Source of the DNA: Klebsormidium nitens | Taxonomy: Eukaryota; Plantae; Klebsormidiophyceae | Length of the DNA: 64,000 bases | Assembly: GCA_000708835.1 (NCBI GenBank) | Contig: DF236996.1 | Span: 30,397-94,396 of the forward strand | Direction: 5' to 3' | In this document: piece by piece, positions 58,818-64,000 of the stretch | Position numbering within the stretch: the first letter of the stretch is position 1 | Layout of the letters: each line of letters opens with the position of its first letter | Made by a program: the position numbers and the translations under genes | The notes under the pieces: generated by a model | The model's input: the letters and a program-made list of their open reading frames with translations, nothing else | Told to the model about the DNA's origin: nothing | The model's database searches: none

Positions 58818-61800
58818 CCTGCCTTCTACTCTCCCTCGGGCTAGCATCCGCCGCTGGCCCGACCGTGGAACCAATTGGTGCCTCGGACCGGTCGGCAGCA
58901 GTGTCGCTCTTCAAGGTGCAAGACGATGGATCATACGGCGGGTGAGCCACCCTTGCGTCCTTGCAATCAGACCCTCTCTGTGGATGTTTTGTTGGATCAG
59001 CAAATGGGCGCCTAACAGTAGGTTTAGCCGCCTTTTACAGCGATCCAATGCATTGGGAGTTGCACTTATATAGTGGGGGTTTTCCAGGAGACCACTTCTT
59101 AAGCTTTCTCTGAAATGTGCCCTGACAAGCAAAGGAGTCTCGAAAAGTGCAGCGTTGGAGCTCAGCGCAGAGGAGCGAACGCTTTACCCAAGCCCAATTC
59201 AGCCTCTTTAAGCACTTCTGAACTGCGAGATCCCTTTCGTTCCACTCTGTGTACAACCAAGCATGCCAGAAAAGCACCAGTCTATATACTGGATTGTCGG
59301 CTTGCTAACCAAGGAAGAAGCAAATGGTTTTCCTGACGCAATCCATCAACCTCCACCACTTCTAAGACAGTTGCGTTTGCTGCAGCCTTAAAGAGACGTA
59401 CGAGGCGGCCAAGGTGTTTGCGGCCCTTGACAGCTTCCCAGCAGACCCCTCCAAAACCTTTGCCTATCTGAAGGGCGTTAAGCCAGGGGACGTGGAGGCC
59501 GCGTTCTATGCGATCGGCGCCGCGGCAGCCTTGAAGCATCCCGAGGCGCAGATGAGCGGGCAGATCCTGGTGAGCCTGTGAATTGGTTTTACAGTCACAC
59601 GTGTATGGAACCGGGCACATTCGCTTTCGATTCTGAGTGGACTAATTGACAGATCCGCGGTATCAGCTCATTCAGCTTAACGGCACACCCTGATTTGGAA
59701 CACTGCAGAGAGTAACTGCAGACGGCCAAGCACACGTTGCTGATGTTTCTGAGGATTGCCTCCTAGGATAATGAGCCTCGATTCGCTTCTGGAAGACACT
59801 CCACTGCTTTTTCTCCAAAAGGGCAAGGATTATGCGGGAAAAAGCTGCAAAGAGAGGCCTATCACCAAACTCTCTGGTGCTTTCAGGGGGAAATGAATCA
59901 CTCACGAAAGGGGTGTCTCATGTCTTTATCTTTCTGTCCAGGTGGCCAGCGAGGGGCTGTCGAAGGGAACGACGTTGGATGAGCTGTACCATGGGGCAGT
60001 GGCCCTCGCAACAGCAAAGGTGAGGGTTAACCCTTTGTGGGTTTAGAAGTGACCGCTTCTTTGGGCCTAGCCTTATTTTCTTCAGAGTGCTGACGACGTT
60101 CTGGCTAGCGAAGTGGGACTAAAGCCGCGCAGTAGTGGCCCATAGACGAAAGTCTGTGGCCAATGATATTGCCCGTGCCAACACAGGTTGCGTCTTTGGA
60201 AGTGGGACTGAAATACTCTGCACCTCTTGTTGAAAAGCCCTGCTGGCAGCATTCTAAAGGCAAAGCTTATAAGGACCTGGCAAACGATTTCGAATGTGTC
60301 GGCTCTCTTTTGTTTGTCCACGGTCAAAGCGTTGAAACAGGAAAGAATAGGCACTGTACCCGCCTTACATTCACACAAACTGTTGTATAGACTCACTGGC
60401 TTCAAAATACAAGCGTATATTGGATGTCGGTTTCCGCATCCCGGTCGCCCGCCCTTTTTACCCTGTTGAAACTCCCGTCTTACACATGGATTCATTCTCT
60501 GGCTCTGGACAACTCTGTGCAGAAGGCGGGATGGCTCAAGAAGAACTCGGTGGACAAGAAGACCCTCCAGGCAGCGTTGAAGAAACTACAGGTAGAGTAC
60601 AAAACGCTTCCCTACATCAGAGAAGAACGAATGAAGAAAGTAAAGACTCACTGCTTGCCTTCCGTTTGCATTCGTTGATTGGAAGTGCGGCAATCGTCTT
60701 ACAAACTCATCAGGGCAGCTGTTGGAGCACATTCATTGCCCGCAAGTTTCCAAACCTGGGAGCAGAGTCCTTTTTGAATTGGATTCCGGTCGGGGGCTAA
60801 TCCTTTTCATTCTCAAAAAGTCTGACAGTATTGTGATCGATTCAACTTCCAATGTGCAGGCGTTTGTGACCGAGGATGGCAGCTGGAGGTCGGTCGACGA
60901 CGACTCGGATGGGACAGCTTTAGCTTCCGGTGAGTCCAAGGCACCAACAACTATGTTTCATCTTGCTCTTGGAGGCTACTGTATTTTCCAGACTCCTTTT
61001 GGTGTTTCATATGGACCTCCTCGTCACGCTTTGGCCTTCGCTATGGGGAGAAATATTGAGGGCCCTTTCAACTTGGCGAAGGCTCCCAACTCCGACTCAA
61101 TTCTTCTGCTTTCCGTTGCTCTTCGTCCTTCATCGCTGCTTGTTGATATTAGATATCTGGCAATGTCCGACGCTAGCGGCTGAATACACAACTCCGTATC
61201 GGGATACTCGGACAAACTTGCTCGAGATTGTCGGTCCCAGGACCCTCAGATGTCCCCTTCTGTGCGATATCGTCTCTGCCTGCCCAGAAATGTCGTTTGA
61301 AGTCACATCGTGATTGTGACTTATCTTTAGTGACGCGCGGAAAGTGTTCGGGGCTGACCACTAACTGTTCGCCACGTGGCACAGGCAAGGGTTTGGAGGC
61401 GGTAGCTGCGCTTATCGAGCTGGGTCTGAGCACGTCCGAGGCTGGGGTCCAGGAGATCAAGGGCTCGGTGGAAAAGCTCGTCGGATCTGCCGAGGCGTCC
61501 GGTAAGTTGGTCCGAAACCCAAAAGCTCGAACACCAAAAGCCCAAAAACCCGAAAACCCGAAAACCCGAAAACGGCCACACCCAATGATCCAAAAACCCC
61601 GAGGTTGAAAGTCTCGCTAAAGCTTCGCTTCTTGTTGCCCATTCCCGTGTAGGAGGGCCGACCGAGAACTCAGCAAAAACTTGCCCTGGAGCTTCTTTCG
61701 TGCTGTGGGAAAGTTCGACAACTGTTCTGGAGGTTCTTATTTTGAGCAAACGCGAATCGTGTTCGAAGAGCGAGTGGTTCAGAAGCCGCATCGATTTTCC

Positions 61801-63625
61801 GGCCGATGTTGGACGCTTTAAACTTTTCTGTTTGCACAGCTACAGAGTTGCTTGAGCAAGCATCCTTATTTAGCAGAGCTTTCATGTCGCAAGTGTGGTT
61901 CAATGTCATGCATTGCCGGACAAGGTCGCAGTATCACATTCGGACTGGATTGGTCAATTGCAAAATTTTGGACCAGTTGCAGGGTTTCTTCCTTCTGAAG
62001 TCGTCGACTCAATTGGCCATACTCATATGGTCCTGTCTATCAGAAGGTATCGCACTTTTTAGCACTGACGACGATCAAAGGCACCCTTGAAGCCAGCGTC
62101 AAAACGCGCATATCAATGGATCCTGGTGTCTAACAAAGGGTGGAAAACTGTGTAATTTTGAATCTTATCGCACCCGACGGGCAGCAAATTCTTCTTTAAC
62201 CCCTTCTCTACGCTTCGTCCAGACGACAGCTTCGTCTTCTTCGACGCCAGCAGCGGTAGCCCCCTCTTGTCGACCGCCGCTGTGGCAAAAGGGGCGCTCT
62301 CCCTGTCAGCAGCGTTGGGCGAGTCTCTGCCGGTAAGGATCGCACACGAGGATTGTCGCTTTCCCCGTTTACACGTAATTACAACTCAGTGCCCGTCCAA
62401 AACATCTTGCCCCCAAGAGGAAGTAGGAATCTACAGGTCTTTCGCGGACCGTTTCGATTTGGCGGCGCATGTTTGAGACATCGGATTGTGCTCGTCAAGA
62501 TAGAGCAGTTGTTTGCGGACACTTAATGGGACGCTTGGCCCCACCCCGCCTGTCTGTTACTTGCCTTTGCCGTCTATGCCTGGCGTTTCCATTCCCTCAT
62601 TCAGTAAACGCGGTTGATGTCCTACCCTCAAACAAGACCAGGGGAGAACCTACGGTGAAGATTGAACCGAGCCGCCGCCTAGACACGCCTTGTAAAGGGT
62701 CTTGCAATCGGAGGCCAGCTTTGAACTTGCCTTTTGGTCCAAGGACTTGCAGGCAGATTCGTTGTGTAGGGAATGCTTGACTACATATGCTCTAATTCTT
62801 CTAATCAACAAAGCACTTATCTAGTGTTCGCCTCCACATTGGGTTTTCAGCTTATAAATTTCACATAGAACGTTATTCAATCAAGATAATAATAAGCTCC
62901 GGCTAACACTAGAATCCTACCCTGAGAATACGCCTGCTCCGCACCCCTACCCACCCTAACCCCCAAACCAACCTCACCCGACTCAGTGCGCTTACCTTAT
63001 CGTTACCTTGAATTGTTATCTTCTCTTTTGAGTTCGATCTCCAGCCTAAGCAGTGATGGATTCTCTTCCTACTCCCCCCAGATCGTCGAGAAGCTCCCCG
63101 GCGTCGCGCAGTATCTGCTGGCCAGCAAATCCACCAGCTCGCCGGTGCTCCTGTCGGAATTGGTGGACGCCCTTTCGATCATCTCAACCAACAGGTACGC
63201 TTTGAAGTCAAATCAGACTCGAGGCAGAAGCTTCTTCTCCTCTTTTGCCTTCTGCTCCGTTCTGGATAGGATTCATATGATTGCCCAGCGTCCGACAATG
63301 TGCGACTGGCCTCATTCCCCTGCCGTTCGTAGTTGCTCTATTCCTTGCTTTGCTTCATTCTTGACCTGCAGTCCTTGTCCCTTTTCCGTTTTCCTTTTTC
63401 CAATTCCAGTCCCCTTACTCGAAGTCGCTCACTCCCGTCAAATTCCGTTCTTTTAAGGTCCAATTCGCTTCTTAGCATAAGTTGCTCAACTGCACAAACC
63501 TACTCATCGACTATTCTCATCACTTAATTTTCTTCGCCTGTGATTTCCTCCACAGTTTCTCGGTCCCGCTGGTCGTGTCCCTGGCCAAGACGTCTCTGTC
63601 GCTGAAGAGCAACGACAAACTCGAG
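58818..63625 (+). CDS. RPN2: Ribophorin II / oligosaccharyltransferase subunit 2 (HAP6-like), partial: start unresolved, continues past the window end
   Basis: Exons ~58818-58941, 59386-59569, 59942-60019, 60523-60591, 60860-60929, 61385-61501, 62223-62332, 63082-63194 and 63556-63625, all phase-compatible. Signal-peptide-like CLLLSLGLASAA, then PIGASDRSAAVSLFK..DGSY, LKETYEA, AFYA, DGSWR, DDSFVFFD and NSFSVPLVVSL..TSLSL, matching plant RPN2 blocks as recalled. Confidence 0.88.
61541..61572 (+). repeat. Telomere-variant microsatellite CCCAAAAA + (CCCGAAAA)3 in an RPN2 intron
   Basis: Read directly from the sequence, about 40 nt after the donor at 61502. Confidence 0.8.
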
Positions 63626-64000
63626 GTGAGAAGGATAGTTCCGCTCCACACTTTTCTTGTCCCTTGACACCTTTTCCGGGCTCTGCCGTCTTCCCGTTTA
63701 CTAGTGCTCCTCTCGGTCCAACGCCGCTCTTCCCAGTCTCTAGCCGCTTTGCTCTTCCCAATCTGTAGCCACCCCTTACGAGCTCTGCCACTCTTTTCGG
63801 TCTCTAGTCGCTCTTCCTGATCGCTAGCCGCTCTTTCCGGGCCCTGCCAGTGTCTTACCGCTCTGTTGGAATTTAAGCATCCTTTTCGTTTTCTAGCCGC
63901 TCTTCTCGGTATCTATCCACTCACTCCAAAATTTCGGTTTGTCAAGCTCAGGTCCTTCTGCTTAGGAAGGACCGACGGATCTAGGCCACCTTTCTGCTTT

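Overview
Eukaryotic nuclear DNA that is intron-rich and moderately GC-rich. The gene content and the TTTTAGGG repeats suggest a streptophyte green alga such as Klebsormidium; this is an inference and no database search was run. I built all gene models by hand from splice sites and reading-frame phase. Left to right the window holds: (1) a 6-exon secreted, almost purely charged E/K/R/D-repeat protein (-); (2) an isolated ~120-nt hairpin; (3) an intronless F-box/LRR gene with one frameshift (+); (4) a complete 23-exon full-size ABCB/MDR transporter (-, ~1324 aa); (5) a 7-exon MDR-superfamily enoyl/quinone reductase (+) with a GC-AG intron; (6) a 13-exon NRT2 nitrate transporter (-, ~639 aa); (7) a tentative small orphan gene (+); (8) an 11-exon OM47-like mitochondrial outer-membrane protein gene (-); (9) a 717-bp MITE with TIRs and a 7-bp TSD; (10) the 5' part of ribophorin II (+), which runs off the right edge. 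The most unusual signal is structural. Many introns of ABCB and NRT2 are built largely from tandem, decaying copies of the adjacent exon edge including its splice site ('exon-edge echoes'). In NRT2 three such acceptors are in frame and stop-free, so they could produce C-tail length isoforms. Most ORFs in the supplied track are spurious shadows of repeats, introns or antisense frames.
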